DNA from: Centroscyllium fabricii
Lineage: Eukaryota
NCBI GenBank assembly: GCA_051313645.2
Contig: JBNRSN020000001.1
Coordinates: forward strand, 595,448,001 to 595,512,000
Length of the DNA stretch: 64,000 nt
Direction: 5' to 3'
A program made the translations under genes and the position numbers. This document shows, one piece after another, positions 62,574 through 64,000 of the stretch. A model generated the notes under the pieces. It was not told the DNA's origin. It made no database searches and worked only from the letters and a program-made list of their open reading frames with translations. Within the stretch, counting starts at the first letter, position 1. Each line of letters begins with the position of its first letter.

Positions 62574-64000
62574 ATCCATGAACTTTAGGACATTTACGGA
62601 ATTTTATTTTTCCCAATCAAAGTAAGAAGCTTTAGAATTGGAGTCTGATAGTAATGAAGAATCGCTCAGATCCTCTCCTCAAAGAGAAAGGGAGTTAACC
62701 AAACCGATAACAGCACTTAAAAACTAAACAGTACAGTAACTAGGACGGAGAGGTCATTCGAGATTGAGTTCCACAAAAGGGAAGAAATATAATGGCATCA
62801 GAAGACTACCAGGAAGAGTATGCTTTTTGTTTCAATGAAGGACGCTGGTTCTTTTCAGTTCCGTGACTCAGTTTTATGGTAAGAAGTTTCCAGCGCGCGC
62901 ATGCGCTGTTTTTTGACAGTTGGAGGTGAATTTTCTGGAACTACGGTGGAAGCTTTCAGCTGTTTTAGTATCGCGCGCGCCGGTGCGGTTTGACAGTTGG
63001 TGGTCTGCTCTTAGAGATAACACCTCAGATCCCAGCTACTCGACCCTCCGACATGGTAGCCTTCGCCTCACTGTCACAGATTCCTTTGATAAAAAGTGAA
63101 TAATTAAAAAGATAAAAAGAAATCGTTTGTGGATAAATTAAGAAAAAATACAGCAATTGTTTTAAGAAGTCATCAAAATCCTCCTGTGCTGTCGGCGGGA
63201 CCCTGGACGGATCCACTACTTGGACATCCCTCACCTTCCCATCAGAGGACAAAGATTTTCCTGATTTTGGACGTCTGGTACTCTTTTAAATTTTAAGAAA
63301 AAAAGAACTTTCTTTTTGATTCCATTTCCTTTATTGGATTAACATTTCTCCATTCGATTATTACCCTGGATCCGAGCAGTGAACTTAAAAGACTTTGGAA
63401 AGAACTGTGATTTTTTTTAACTTGATTATTATATTGTATGTTTTTTTCCCCCAAAACCGAGATCTCATTTTATTTTGGGTATTCATTTTTCTGGCCAGTA
63501 TGATTTACAAATGTAATGTGTAAACAGCTCTATATATATTGAAATTGGACCTTTGTTACAAAACCAGATTAGATACAAGAGAGAGCACAAACGAAAGACA
63601 TATTTTAAAATAAATACCTTTAGTAACCCAAACTTGTTAATGGGCATTTCTTGGGGTGGATGTGTGATATAGTGGATGCATGTACCAGTCTCCTATGAAC
63701 CTAGATTACATATGGCAGTTCACATTGCAGCATAAGGCAGCGGCTACCGTATTACACCAGCTTCATGCTACCGCTACTAAAAGGCAGAAGGTGGGATCTG
63801 TGTTGAACTAAAGAAAAGGTCCTTGAATGAGTGCTGGCAACGTGGCAGCTTCCTAAAGCTGCTCCTCTCCCTGTAACGAGCACACCCCCTGACATTGCGC
63901 CGCAGCTGCCGAGTGTGATGCCACTATGTCAGTCTTTGCCCCAGCTTTCAGTTCAGTGAGTCTCAGACTTATTTTTCAATAAATCTGTGGCGGCTGATGC

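Overview
Repeat-dense vertebrate intron DNA, almost certainly from a shark or other elasmobranch (HE1/V-SINEs, SacSINE-like DeuSINEs, abundant CR1 LINEs, Penelope). The host gene is SIPA1L2 on the minus strand, with two coding exons found (25193-25350 and 12210-12786). The introns hold three full-length but mutated Gypsy LTR retrotransposons, one near-intact full-length CR1 nested in a SINE nested in another CR1, many CR1 fragments, MITEs, a solo LTR, a Penelope insertion with a hammerhead ribozyme, and an intronless SUDS3-SDAD1 chimeric retrocopy. Three signals stand out. (1) Two diverged compact Gypsy elements have no tRNA PBS; instead the PBS position is complementary, with a compensatory change, to the AATAAA region of their own LTR, and both have an xLDN rather than YxDD RT motif. 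(2) A T_TTA_AAC slippery heptamer is conserved at the CR1 ORF1/ORF2 junction with ORF2 in the -1 frame, suggesting programmed -1 frameshifting in a LINE. (3) The multi-gene retro-chimera. All family and gene assignments are from recognition, not database searches.
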